Below are positions 40,275 through 54,067 of a stretch of DNA of 64,000 nt, piece by piece. Source of the DNA: Eledone cirrhosa (Eukaryota); the NCBI GenBank assembly GCA_964016885.1, contig OZ024741.1, forward strand, positions 286,440,001 through 286,504,000, read 5' to 3'. Below the pieces are notes generated by a model. The model saw only the letters and a list, made by a program, of their open reading frames with translations, was not told the DNA's origin and did not search any database. Within the stretch, counting starts at the first letter, position 1. Each line of letters starts with the position of its first letter. The position numbers and the translations under genes are program-made.

Positions 40275-40878
40275 CTCATCGTCATCATCATCATCATCAT
40301 CGTTATTATCATCATCTCTTTCGCCACCACCTTCACCACCACCACCGTAATTTACGTCATTTTTCTCCTCCTCAACCCACGCCGTACTCAATGTCGCCAA
40401 TATTTCTTCCAAATTCGCAATCATCAGTATCATCATCATTATCAGTATATTTGGCATCATTATACACTTGTTCACCAGCACCGGCCCCAAAATATTCCGT
40501 ATCAGCATCATCATCATCATCGTCATTATCATCATTATCATCATCATCATCACCGTCGTCATCATCGACATCATCATCATCATCGTCGTCATCATTATCA
40601 CCACCATCATCATCATCCTCGTCAACAACACCATCGTCATCATCACCATCATCATCATCATCATCATCGTCATCATTATCACCATCATCATCATCCTCGT
40701 CGTCATCATCATCACTATTGTCGTCATCATCATCATCATCATCATCATCGTCGTCGTCATCATCATCCTCACCATCGCCGCTATCACCAGCGCCATGACA
40801 ATAATCCACATCAGCAGCGGCAACAAATGTCACCATTGCCACCATCATTAGAACTATACACATCATTGTCATCATCAG
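40275..40878. repeat. (CAT)n-rich low-complexity tract
   Basis: Direct sequence. Confidence 0.9.
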
Positions 40879-41124
40879 ATAAAAAAGGAGGATTAATTGA
40901 ATGAGTCGAATCCCCCCACTCCCTTTATATTGATTTGGGGATTTTTTCCGGTGTGTATGTGTAAATTGTTCCTTATTTTGTTTGTTCCGGTTTTTGGGGG
41001 TTTTTTACTTGTTACCAATACATCTGTAGAGAAGAGATTTTTCTCTCCGTTGCTGCCAACAACTCCGTCAGAATACTTATATTGGCCCAGGTTTTATCCT
41101 TTCTTACGTGTGTTGCTGACTGAG

Positions 41125-41167
<43 letters not shown>

Positions 41168-41402
41168 TCTCCTTGTAATGTCCATGTGGTAGAAGAAGAA
41201 GAAGAAGAAGAAGAAGAAGAAGAAGAAGAAGAAGAAGAAGAAGGGGACGTCACTGAACATCTTCTAATAGTTAATAGTTAAAAGTGGACTGGGAGAGAGG
41301 GTAGGCTTGCTAACTCCAATATATTTTTCGCCATAATTTCAATTATTTTATCTGTAATATTACCTTTATATACATACATACATACATACATACATACATA
41401 CA

Positions 41403-41433
<31 letters not shown>

Positions 41434-41739
41434 GTGTGTGTGTTTGTGTGTTGTTGTTGTTGTTGCTGTTATATTCCAAATAACTAACCTCTAATTAGTT
41501 GAGAAAATCCATTTGGGAACAGCTGTATGAGAAATAACGTTTAAAAACATCAAACACTTTGGAATATTCACCTAGAATGCACTAATTGTCTTAACGATTC
41601 ATTCCAAACTTAATCACTCTAGAGCTGGCACAACGGGTCGTATCAGTCAGTAAATATGTTTAAGCTCCACCTAAACACCAATAAAATCTTAGTTAGTTTC
41701 ACCTTCTTCTTAATCATGTTTAATAATTTTACTGGATCA

Positions 41740-41915
41740 AATGGTGTTGGTGTTCTTGTCGTGGTGGTTGTTGTTGTTGGTGGTGGTGGTGGTGGTTTTC
41801 TTGCGGCTGTTCTTGTTGTTATTCAGGCTGCTGTTGATGTTGTTGTTGCTGTTGTTGTTGTCGTTCAGGCTTTCTTTGGGTGTTGCTGTTGTTCGGGCTA
41901 GTGTTGGTGTTGTCG

Positions 41916-41947
<32 letters not shown>

Positions 41948-42760
41948 CAGGCTGATGGTGTTGTTGTTATTGTTGTTGTTGTACTTCAGGCTGTTGTTGT
42001 TGTTGCTGTTGCAGTTGTTGCTGTTGCTGTTGTTGTTGTTGTTGTTGTTGCTGTCGTGGTTGTTGTTGTTGTTGTTGTAGTTGTTATCGTTGTCTTATTT
42101 TTTCTTGTTGTTGATGTTATTGATAGTGTTGTTGCTGTTGTTGGTGTTCTTGTAGCTGTTGTTACTGGTATTGTCGTTGCTGATGCTGCTATTGCTTTTG
42201 TCACAGCTGTTGTTGTTGTTGTTGTTGTTGCTGCTGCTGTTGCTGTTGTTGTTATATTGTTTCTATGGCAGTCTCGGTAGAGGGTCGGACGCCATGCTTT
42301 CCAGCATAGTTACGTCCCTTTAAAGTCTGAGTTCAAATCCCGCCGAGGTTGACTTTGCATTTCATCCTTACGGGGTCGATAAAATAAAGTACCAGTAATG
42401 TACTGGGTATGTGCTGGCCTTGTGCCAAATGTAGAAACAATTATTATTGTTTTTCCGGCTGTTGTTGTTGTTGCTGCTGCAGCTGCTATTTTTTTTGCTG
42501 TTGTTGCTATTCTTGTTGTTGTTGTTACTGTTGGTGTCACTGTTGCAGCTGCTGCCGTTGTCACCGTTGTCGTCGATGTTGTTGCTGTTGTTTCTGTTGA
42601 TATTGTTGTTGTTATTACTGCTGCTGTTGTCGTCGTTGTTGCTGTTGTCACTGCTTTGTTGTTGATGCTGTTGCTGCTACTGTTGTCGTTGTTGTTGATC
42701 TTACTGTTGTTGTCACTGTTATTGGGTTGGGTTGCTACTGTTGTTGTTGTTGTTGTTATG
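41740..42760. repeat. (GTT)n low-complexity tract with embedded SINE at 42267-42445 (+)
   Basis: SINE B-box GAGTTCAAATCCC and core inside a GTT-rich sequence. Confidence 0.85.
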
Positions 42761-43643
42761 GAAATCCATCTGAGGCTTAATGGAGCAGACCAGTTGATCA
42801 AAGACATTCGAGTCAGGCCAGGTTTTTTTTTTTTTAAGAATTACAACATCCAGTGTGTCTTTATATATTATTGATCGACTTGAGAGAAATGCGGTCACTA
42901 TTTCTATCAGGCCATTGATTTATGTTGCTGTTGTTAGCGCCTGGTCACTAGTGATTAAGCAAACCCATGATCCAAAGTGTTGTACACGGCTCAGACAAAT
43001 TACGTAAGTGACACATGCAATAGAGAGTAGACCGCCGAATCTCAGCAGGAATCACGAATGGAAGAGTAACACCCACCCTACCACCTAACCACTGAGGACA
43101 GAATAGGACACATAAAATACCATAACAGGATACAGACACGGAGAGAGGAATATACAAACACAACAAGAGTCACATACGCGTGCCAAACACGAAAACACAC
43201 ATACAGGTACAGGTGCAAATTCATGCCACAGAAAGGCAAGCTGGAGTAAATACAATATGAGCAGAAAGAAGAAGAGGCATAGATGAAAAAAAAATAATCA
43301 TTGAGAAGGTCACAGAATATGTGGCGGAACAACTTTGACCAACTAACGAATAATTAATAATACAGGGAAAATCAAAATACTGGCGATTATGGCAACATGA
43401 TCGTCCCCAAATATAACAATATATATATATGAGTGTGGGGGGGGGGGGGGGTCATGTGTGTGTATTCGAATTAATTTGTGGCATGGGGTTTATATTGTAA
43501 ACATATATGCTAGTGGAAACATACATAGTGTACAATGAGCATGATAAACAGTAATAATTGTTTCTACATTTGGCCCAAGGCCAGCAATTACCCAAATGTT
43601 ACAATGTTGTAAATTTCATATAACTATATAATATATATATATA

Positions 43644-44420
43644 CAGTGGCGGACTGGGTCCAAAAATATTGGTTGCCAGGAGATGAAGGTGGCGGGGAGC
43701 ACCTATAGAATGGTATCGCTTAATTTTTATAATGAATACATAACATTTTCAAAAATTACATAAGTGGAAACAAAAGAGTGCAATCAAATTTTTGCGGAAA
43801 AATATGTTGCCTTCTCCAATAAATAATATTATGTATTTTGCGAAATCCAGAGACTTTCAATAATAACCAGAAGTCGACCCTAAATATTACTAATAGCTCT
43901 AGGAAAGCCATGAACGACACCACATCTTTTTAACTTTGATTTTGAAAGTAGGTTTATAATTATCTATTTTCATTATACTTTCGTAGTCGTCTCGGTGACT
44001 TAGATGGAGGAATCATAGATGATGGTGACCTTAGCGTGAAGTTCGATCCTGGTAGGATTCCCGGTAAACATTTTCAGTTTTTTTCTATTGGTTGTAAAAT
44101 AAAAACTGAAAACGGTTACATGTAACTCTTGACCAGGATTGAACTCAAATCCAGGATCTCCACCGTCTCTAGCATATAGCGCTAGGCCACAGAGACAACT
44201 ACGAAAATATTATGAAAATTCATACTTATAAACCTAGTTTCAAAATTTTCAAAACAAAGTGTTGTGATGTTCTTCATGTCTTTCTTAATGTTATTGTCCC
44301 TACTTACGGTCAACTTCTAAATCATTTGGGTGTTCCTCAAACTACATCCTCATTTTGTTTCACATCTGGCTAGACTATATTTTAACCTGTAATCCATGTT
44401 TCATTTCTGTTGCACCTCAT

Positions 44421-44454
<34 letters not shown>

Positions 44455-44710
44455 ATATTTGAATCTACTATGATTTGGGCTTACTTTATTCATATATATA
44501 TGTTTTTGTTTGTCAGGTTCAAACTTACAATGATTGGCATTATATATATATATATATTATTTGTTTACTAAAATAATGAAATTAAATTAATTCAACAGTT
44601 AAACACACATAGCAATAATAAGGGCCAGAAGATTGACAAGTCGAGCACCTGCAATGCTACTGGAACCCACTTGCCATTGGGCAACCTGACAACCTGGCCA
44701 GTCCACACTG
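43644..44710. mobile_element. Non-autonomous hAT-like element in (TA)n
   Basis: Termini CAGTGGCGGACTGG / CCAGTCCACACTG, TATATATA on both sides. Confidence 0.6.
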
Positions 44711-44762
44711 TATATATATATATATATATATGCACAGACACACACACACACACACACCCCTC

Positions 44763-44822
<60 letters not shown>

Positions 44823-44826
<4 letters not shown>

Positions 44827-45281
44827 TCAAACATATAAAATTTGGCTTCGTTTATTATAAATTCTCTGCTATATATATTTCGGTGAAAGCTATTATTGGC
44901 TGTGACCTCTTCAGGCAGTCCGAATTAATGTCGAAAAGACAGGTAAACATGTTTTTGAAATGTGTTCCACTCTGTCAATACATCGATATGTCCAGCTCCT
45001 GGGTGTGCTGTTAGTCCTCCGAGGAACTGAAATCATATGTATTGATTGATCAAATCGATGTATTGACAGAGTGGAACACATTTCAACAACATGTTTACCT
45101 GTCTTTTCCACATTAATTCAGACTGTCACCGAAATATATATAGCAGAGAATTTATAATAAACCAAGCCAAATTTTACATGTTTGACTTACTCCGGAGTAA
45201 ACAAACCAACCTGCGTACTTCGTCGAGTCCTCCAATCTGCATACTGAGGTGTCGGTAAACAACCAACATATACTCAAAATT

Positions 45282-45282
<1 letters not shown>
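44823..45282. repeat. Inverted-repeat cassette (arms 44823-44987 and 45054-45189) between (TA)n tracts
   Basis: Arms are near reverse complements; right arm lacks about 29 nt of the hammerhead core. Confidence 0.92.
44866..44918 (-). ncRNA. Type I hammerhead ribozyme motif, family B (intact core)
   Basis: rc CUGC-CUGAAGA-GGUCACAGCCAAUAAUAGCUUUCACC-GAAA-UAUAUAU-A-GCAG; palindromic stem/loop III as in Penelope-type minimal hammerheads. Confidence 0.8.
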
Positions 45283-45315
<33 letters not shown>

Positions 45316-45469
45316 GGAAAAGAATCATGACCCCCAGGGATCCTGGCCCTTTTCCTATATATATATAGGAAAAGAATCATGACCCCCAGGGGTCCTGGCT
45401 CTTTTCCTATTATCCACTCTGTATTCTGGTGCGTTATGGTCTTCCTGGATTCTTACCACACTTTCTTTG

Positions 45470-45551
<82 letters not shown>

Positions 45552-45558
45552 ATATAAC

Positions 45559-45686
<128 letters not shown>

Positions 45687-45690
45687 ATAT

Positions 45691-45764
<74 letters not shown>

Positions 45765-46142
45765 ATTATTGAGGTATAATAGTATTTATATTTAGTAAAA
45801 CAAATTATAGTTAGCAAAAATACATTTAATACCAAACGCAATTTTACTTACAATATTAGTAAATCTAATTACATTGCTTATACCGCGGCTTTTTATTAAA
45901 CCATATGCATTTTGGGATGTTGAAGTTAGTCGTCTTCTTTGCTTTCAAACCAATACAAGTCAATTCATTCGAATTCCCTTCCCTTGCATAGGCTTATTTC
46001 TCTGTAAGACAATCTTACTGCTGATCGAATTATCTTAATTCGCTGATTATCCATTTAATTATATTAATTAGTATTTACTTTGTCGTTCGAAACCACGGTA
46101 TAAGCTAGTATAATTGAATTTATTAATTATAATGTAAGTATA

Positions 46143-46359
46143 AGGGCGGTGAATTGGCAGTATTAGTAGAGAGTCGGACACCATGCTTTGCAGCATAGAG
46201 TTACGTCCCTTTATGGTCTGAGTTCAAATTCTGCCGAGGTTAATTTTGCCTTTCATCCTTACGGCGTCGATAAAATAAAGCACCAGTAACGTACTGGGGT
46301 CGAGTTAATTGACTTTCCCCTTCTCCCAAATTACTGGACTTGTGCCTATAGTAGAAATC
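46143..46359 (+). mobile_element. tRNA-derived SINE with TSD
   Basis: 19-bp TSD ATTAATTATAATGTAAGTA at 46122-46140 and 46360-46378. Confidence 0.9.
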
Positions 46360-46472
46360 ATTAATTATAATGTAAGTAAAACTGAATTTGCCTTTAAATG
46401 TCTTTTTACTTATAAAGTTTAGTTTTACTAAATATTAATATTATTATACCTCAATAATATTGTATAAATAAT

Positions 46473-46662
46473 TGTTTCTACTTTTGGCACAAGGCCAGCA
46501 ATTATTCCAGTGTATTACTGGTACTTTATCTTATCGACCCGGTAAGGATGAAAGGCAAAGTTAATCTCGGAAGGATTTTAACACAGACCATAAAGGACCG
46601 TAACTCTTTGCTGCAAAGCATGGCGTCCGACCCTTTTCCAATACTGCCAATCCGCCGCCCTT
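46473..46662 (-). mobile_element. tRNA-derived SINE with TSD
   Basis: 14-bp TSD ATTGTATAAATAAT at 46459-46472 and 46669-46682. Confidence 0.88.
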
Positions 46663-46833
46663 GTAGAAATTGTATAAATAATGCTCGAAAAAATTTCGAT
46701 TTTAGCCCTTAATGTTCATTGGGCTTTTTATGGTATAATTGGATTGAGATTACTTATTTATACATACATACATACATACATACATACATACATACATACA
46801 TACATACATACATACATACATACATACATACAT

Positions 46834-47345
46834 GGTGGCTGCCAACTCGTTTTCGAGTACGGTCACTACTTTATATCCATGTAGGAGAACCCCTACCGAG
46901 GCGCTGAACAAGTTTGACTTTTTAGTCCAGCCAGCGACTTGAAAACTCTGGTACAAACACTACACTTGTGACAATTATTGACACATAGTGCTGGGTCCAT
47001 GGTACCATGTGATGACAAGTGCAGAGAGATCTCCAGATATAAAGCAATGCCTGTGCCGTGAAGCTTTTATAGTGAGCAAAGGCACTGCACAAAGCCAGTC
47101 CCACTCTCTTAACCAAGATGATATTTACCAAAAAAGAAGAACAAGTCAACATCATTGGATACCATCAGGGTGGCAGGTGTTATATCAGAGTTTTCCTTCT
47201 CCTAGAATTCTGCCTTGACAAAGGCTAAGGGGTCATCTCTCCCGGTGATTTTAGATGGCCATTGACTCTTAAGAGCTCCTTTGCCCTTTGACAGGTTTTG
47301 TCTTTAGTCCTGCAGGATGTCCAAAGTCACCCTCCTCACGAAGAA
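46834..47345 (-). mobile_element. Non-autonomous RTE-derived element, copy 2 (5'-truncated)
   Basis: Near-identical to 14834-15345; TACA repeats on both sides. Confidence 0.7.
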
Positions 47346-47453
47346 ACATACATACATACATACATACATACTGGACCTATCAAAGGACCGAAATAATAGA
47401 GTTAAACTTTGTTCCATCATTATGTTTTTCTGTTTTATTCTGTTCAAGTTCTA

Positions 47454-47512
47454 GCTGCCTGATGAAGTCATAGCTGTTGAATAATGGTTATCACCAAAAT
47501 ATATATTGCAGC
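47454..47512 (+). ncRNA. Hammerhead motif, family B, probably inactivated (G12>A)
   Basis: GCUGC-CUGAUGA-AGUCAUAGCUGUUGAAUAAUGGUUAUCACC-AAAA-UAUAUAU-U-GCAGC. Confidence 0.7.
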
Positions 47513-47854
47513 GAATATGAATAAACGAAGTTAATTCTAACCTGTTGACTTAACTTTTTGTTTATATATATACATATATATGCAACAAGAAAGATTAACA
47601 AACCTGCCTCAACACTTAATTTCAAATTTTTAATTTTTAATTCTTTTTATTCTTTTTAATCGTAACACTCAACATTTAATAAGATGGATTCACTGATACA
47701 TCGAAACCGGTTTAAATGCTTTTTAAAAAGAATTGTCCCTCTCATTTTGACGAATCAAAGAAGAAAGTAAGAAAAACAGATCCTTAAATATATTTTCCGT
47801 GCTATTTCCAATTCCACCTTTTCTCTATAACCACTGTTTTGAACCTTACTCCCT

Positions 47855-47881
<27 letters not shown>

Positions 47882-47889
<8 letters not shown>

Positions 47890-49284
47890 GACAGGGTGGG
47901 AAGAAAAAATGGCTTCACTTGTGCTTTCAACAAATTTATTTTCTTCACAAAATCCAAAAAGAATTTTTTTCCGGATTAGAAAAAATTTTTTTCTTAAAAA
48001 AATAATTTTATAAATTAAGTTAGGTCTTAGGAGTTCTTGGTTAACGTAGGAGGTATTGTTTCGTTTTTAGAACGACCTTTCACGCTGAGGTGCGCTTGTC
48101 AAACTGATGTGTATGTGGTGTGTTGTTCTATATATAGGGATTTAACATGTCTGTGGGTGGTGGGGTTTGTTTTTTGTTTTTTTTTCTCCCCCTTTTAATA
48201 AGTGTATGGGTGTAGGTGTGTTGAAAAAGTGTTAATAGCAGTAATGAGTTGAGACGGTGAGTAGGGTTGGGTGGGGAGAAATGTAGCAAGTGCGGCCTGC
48301 CCCGGTCATTCTCGAAAGATTCCTTTATTCAGGGGATTCCTTTGTGTTGAGAATGGTCATAGGCAAATCGCACCTGCCAAGTTTGTAAACAATTATTTTT
48401 TTCTGAAGAATTTTTCTACGTCCATCCCAAAATTAGTCCTTTGTGTATGTGTGCGTGTATGGGTATATATGTATATTTAGTTATGTATCTTTATGTGTGT
48501 ATATGTATGTATATGTATGTATGTATATATATATATATACCCATGTGGAGGTATGCGTACATATTCGTGTGTGTACGTATGTGTATATGTGTTTTTATAT
48601 GTGTCTTTATATGTTTTTGTGTATGTATGTGGATGTATATGTACATGGGTGTGTGATTGATGGTGTGTGCCTATATATTCCTACATATGCCCGTGTGTGT
48701 ATGTACGTGTATACGCACATATCTGTGTGTTGAACAAAGGACTAATTTTGGGATGGACGTAGAAAAATTCTTCAGAAAAAAATAATTGTTTACAAACTTG
48801 GCAGGTGCGATTTGCCTGTGACCATTCTCAACATAAAGGAATCCCCTGAATAAAGGAATCTTTCGAGAATGACCGGGGCAGGCCGCACTTGCTACATTTC
48901 TCCCCACCCAACCCTACTCACCGTCTCAACTCATTACTGCTATTAACACTTTTTCAACACACCTACACCCATACACTTATTAAAAGAGGGAGAAAAAAAA
49001 AAAAGACTCACCACAGACATGTTAAATCCCTATAAGAACAACACACCACATACACATCAGTTTGACAAGCGCACCTCAGCGTGAAAGGTCGTTCTAAAAA
49101 CGAAACAATACCTCCTACGTTAACCAAGAACTCCTAAGACCTAACTTAATTTATAAAATCATTTTTTTTTAAGAAAAAATATTTTTTTCTAATCCGGAAA
49201 AAAATTCTTTTTGGATTTTGTGGAGAAAATAAATTTGTTGAAAGCACAAGTGAAGCCATTTTTTCTTCCCCCTGTCTTAATATA
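47882..49284. mobile_element. Long inverted pair of Penelope-like 3' ends (arms 47882-48444 and 48734-49284)
   Basis: About 560-bp near-identical arms; the start of each arm encodes a decayed KILQKKIIVYKLGRCDL...ILN segment resembling the GIY-YIG C-terminus of the 38.9-kb element. Confidence 0.75.
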
Positions 49285-49313
49285 CCCAACTGTACCAAGG
49301 ATTACACACATTT

Positions 49314-49408
<95 letters not shown>

Positions 49409-49481
49409 CCCACTCTCAAGAGCGTGAAACTAATAAACCTTTGTTCGTACTGCCTCTCTGTCTTGTTCCCGTTCAATTTTT

Positions 49482-49540
<59 letters not shown>

Positions 49541-49555
49541 CATCTATATGTATAC

Positions 49556-49586
<31 letters not shown>

Positions 49587-49689
49587 GATATGTATGTGAG
49601 CGTGTATGTATCATTAAATCATTCAACTTGACGGTATATAAGGATTCAAGATGTTAATATTGTAAATTGTTAATTTTATTTACCTGTGG

Positions 49690-50430
49690 TTAGACGGATT
49701 ATCTCAATGTGAAGGTTTTATTGGCGACCCATTCGTAGACATCTGAGGTGACTGTAGAGCGACTGAGTTAATACCAGGTGGGTTATCAATATCATCAGCA
49801 GGCTTGACTGCTGCGCCAGAGTTAGAACGAATAGACTTGAAGAATGAGTCGTGTTTGCTGGTACTACTTCCGGATAAGAGGTTGATAATATTGCTGACTA
49901 TCAGTTTCTGTTAACAAGTCAACATATGAAATAACGTTATTAAGGATTCTCGCGTAATAGAGAGTTTAGGTTTGTGAGGCAATGGTTCGTCATCTTTATC
50001 ATCCTGTTTATTTCTGCTGTCATCAACGACAACTTCATCTGCCATTTCTTTTATTAATATTTCGAATGCCCGATCACCATTTGTGTCTTCTGACCAGGGT
50101 CTAACATCGTCTTCTGTGATATGTTTCGTATTCCCTCCGAAATAAATATGTATTCTAACTCCACATCACACAAAAGTTTTTCTTTTTCTTTTTTTTTCCA
50201 AGTATTGACTAGTCTTGTTGGTTTCAGTACTTTGGTTGTAACTGAATTGAACATTGCGGACTTGAAGTTGTAGTTTTGGTCTTCACAAAGATTGTCCTGT
50301 TCATTCATCTCGAGAGTTTCATCCAAATATTTTCAATGCTATGAATTCTTGTAAATTTCAACTGTATCTTCAGCAAAAAATACTAAAACACTTTTGTTAA
50401 TTTACAACGGGGAGTTAAATATCATCAATG
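49690..50430 (-). pseudogene. Degenerate pogo/Tigger (Jerky/CENP-B-like) transposase C-terminal relic
   Basis: YNFKSAMFN..KVLKPTRLVNTWKK, acidic DEVVVDDSRNKQDDKDDEPLP, LNNVISYVD..., DSFFK across frameshifts. Confidence 0.55.
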
Positions 50431-53400
50431 GTCTTGTACTTTAGCTTCGAGGCTTTTGTTTGTTTCTTGTTTTCTTTTTGTAGTTTTCTTTTCTTTTTTT
50501 TTTTTTTTTTCAAGTTTAGTTTATCCAAAACATCATTCAAACATGTTTTTTCTTTCTTTTTTTCTGACGTATTGTGTTGATTTGAAGCTATTTTTAACAG
50601 TTTGGAGAAACCCTAGTTGGCTCATCCAAATGATGTAATCAGCAGGGTAATGAGTACACCAAACTGAAAAACATTTTCCCAAAAACCTCAACAAAAAATA
50701 GATATTTCCTATTCAAAAGAGGAAAATGCAACCCTTTTTTTTTTTTTTTAAATAGGGTTTAGCTACCGAAGACCATCACTAGTTTTTGGGGGGTTTCTTT
50801 CTTTTTTTTTTAGATTGGGATGGTTTTATTTGATTTATCACCTATCCGATGTGTACTTATATGTACTCTATTTTATTCAACAGACCGACCAGTGTAATTA
50901 ACGTTGAAGACCCACTTTGTATGCATCACATGTGTGTGTATGCGTATGTCCCTGTGCATATATGTGTGTGTACGTGTGTGTATGTGTGTGTGCAACGAAC
51001 TGATACCACTTTTATTAAGGAATATGTTTAATCCATTACCGTCAGAACAAAGAGGACGAGGTGGCCCTTAATGGGAAGGGCTCTGCTGTTCTTTGAATGG
51101 GCAAAGTAGTTAAGAGAAGATTAATGAATCTTAGAGCGTCGTTGTGTTTAAGATTATTTTATTTCATTGTATATATGTGTGTATGTGTGTGTGGTTGTGT
51201 GTGTGGTTGTGTGTGGTTGTGTGTGTGGTTGTGTGTGGTTGTGTGTGTGGTTGTGTGTGGTTGTGTGTGGTTATGTGTGTGGTTGTGTGTGGTTGTGTGT
51301 GTGGTTGTGTGTGATTGTGTGTGGTTGTGTGTATGGTTGTGTATGTGGTTGTGTGTGTTTGTGTGTGTGGTTGAATGTGCGGTTGCGCGTGTGGTTGAGT
51401 GTGTATGTACACATGTGTGTTACTGTGGGCGGTTGTGTGTGTTTCTTACATCTAGAAATGGTTTCATAATATTTCTATCAATTCTTGTTTTGCCTTTTGC
51501 TGTCGTTAGGTGCAGAGAAATTATACTTCCTGACTTCACTTCCTTGTTGTTGTTGTTGTTGGTGCTAATGGTGGGGGGGTGGGGGTTAGTGGTGGGGGTG
51601 ATGGTGTTAGTAGTGGTGGTGGTGGGGTGATAGAGTTAGTAGTAGTGGTGGTGGGGTGATGGTGTTAGTAGTGTTGGTGTTAGTGGTGGTGGTAGTAGTG
51701 GTGGTGGCTGTTGTTGTTGCTGGTGATGATGGTGGTAGCGGTGGTGATGGTGGGGTAATGGTGTTTGTGGTAGTGGTGGTGTTGTTGATGGTGGTGGTGG
51801 TGGTGATGGTGTTGGTGGTGGTGGTGGTGGGGTGCTGGTGGTGATGATATTAGTAATGGTCTTCTTGCCGCTATCAATGTTGTTGTTGTTGGTTGGGGTG
51901 TTGGTGGTGGTGCTGGCGGTGGTTTTGGGTCCCAAGACAGCCCTAATTGCGTAGATCTATGATCAAAAGCATTCAAACCATTGCCATCCCATTTATGTTC
52001 CTGCCTTCCGTTGTTGTTGCTATTGTTGTTGTCATCATATTTTGTTTTATTTGGTTTTGGGGTTTGTTTGTTTTTTCAAAAATTGTGTACACCGGACTAA
52101 TGTTTTGTTGTTATATATATATTTTGTTTTCTTTTAAATTGAAATTTAAGGAACATTCAGCTACTATTTCTAGTAAACTTAGTGGTCATGTAAAGGCTTC
52201 CGCTTTGGTTCGAATTTTTCTTCCTTGATTATTACGCGATGAAGAATGAATAACCTGACCTAGTCATGGTCCTTGGGTTTGTTAAGGAGTGCTGTTATAG
52301 ACAAGGATAACCAGTATAGGGTAAATACGTTAAGGAGGGGAGTCATTGTAATAAGATTGTTATACTAAAAGGTGTGTCTCACTGGTGCGGCAGTTTGACA
52401 CTGTTATTTCGCTGTCAATACTCCAGTGGGTTGTTTCTTAGTGCATCCTAGGTTAGACATCGACTTGCCTTCTCTAGAGAATTCGATATAAATGACGCCG
52501 ACACTAGAAATATCAAACTTGATTCGAGTAATTAGAAATTCTTAAATGGGGAATGAAATAGTTAATGTCTTTTCTCTCAGAAATGTAAAAATAAAACAGA
52601 TGGAGAGAAAAATAATAATAAAGTAATAAATAAAGAATGTAATTTTAATGATGATGAGTAGTTTACTGATGATGATATGATGAGGATGAGTGGGAGGAAG
52701 AAATAGAAGGGAAGGAGTGCCAGATATAAAGGATGCTGAAAGTGACCGTAGGCGTTGGGTAAGCAGTGGTGGTGGTGGTGGTGGTGGTGGTGGTGGTGGT
52801 GGTGGTGGTGGTGGTGGTGGATGGTGCTGACGGTGGCGAGGGTGGTGGTGGTGTTTGTGGTGGTAATGGCGGTGTTGTTGGTGGTGCTGCTGGTGGTGCC
52901 GGTGGTGGTGTGGGCGGTTGCAGTGGTTTTGGTGGTGGTGGTGGTGGTGGTGGATGATGATGGTAATTGTGCTAACGGTGGCGATGGTGGTGGTGGCGGT
53001 GTTTGTGGTGGTAATGGCGGTGGTGGTGGTGGTGTTGCTGCTGCTGCTGCTGCTGGTGTGGTGCTGCTGGTGCTGGTGGTGCTGGATGGTGGTAATGGTG
53101 GTGATGGGGGCAATGGTGGTGGTGGTGATGGTGATGGTGGTGGTGGTGGTGGTGGTGGCGGCGGCGGCGGCGGTTATGGTTGTGTTGGTGGTTATGATAG
53201 GTATGAAGAATATACAGATGTGGTGTAAGAGATGGTGCTAAATTACGATGATCATAACGACGATGATGATGATGATGATCATCATCATCATCATCATGCA
53301 TATGACAAGGTGCAGAGAGTTAGAATGAGTAGCATGAGGAGGAGGAGGAGGAGGAGGAGGAAGAGGAGGATTTGTTAAAGAAAGCAGTATCACTAACCAC

Positions 53401-53748
53401 ATGTAACTTCTATATAATGCTGTAATGGGGTACCAAGGGTACATTGGAGTGGTTGGCTATCGGTTTCTCCAGGTAAGCGTGAAATATAGAATTTTTAAAA
53501 GGGTTGGGTGTGACTCGTGAGACATAACAATGGATATATGAAAGATATATAAAACTAGGAATTGAACTCATTCATAATTAGTTGACGTGAGTTCAAGTCC
53601 CACCTGGTATTTATGTTTCGTTCACCATCTTATCTATACAACAGTTAGTTTCTATCCCCACTTACGTGTTTCTTTTTAATGATATTGTTAGGAAATTACA
53701 TATACCGTTGAAAAAACGCATATAAGTGTATTACTTATCAAAGAATAG

Positions 53749-53909
<161 letters not shown>

Positions 53910-54035
53910 GTTGTTTGAAGTATGTATGATAGTTTGTGATATGAGGGCTATAACGAGGTTGCGTGTATGGTTGATGATTGGAATCTGTCTGTATATGTGT
54001 ATATTAGTATATGTATGTATGTATGTGTATATGAG

Positions 54036-54067
<32 letters not shown>

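Noticed and set aside
40372-40875. Asp-rich ORF with a hydrophobic start resembling an acidic biomineral protein
   Set aside because: A (GAT)n tract open in multiple frames with no splice or promoter support; only RNA-seq could rescue it
52755-53241. Gly-rich ORF pieces resembling a structural protein
   Set aside because: GGT repeat expansion with frame breaks and internal duplication
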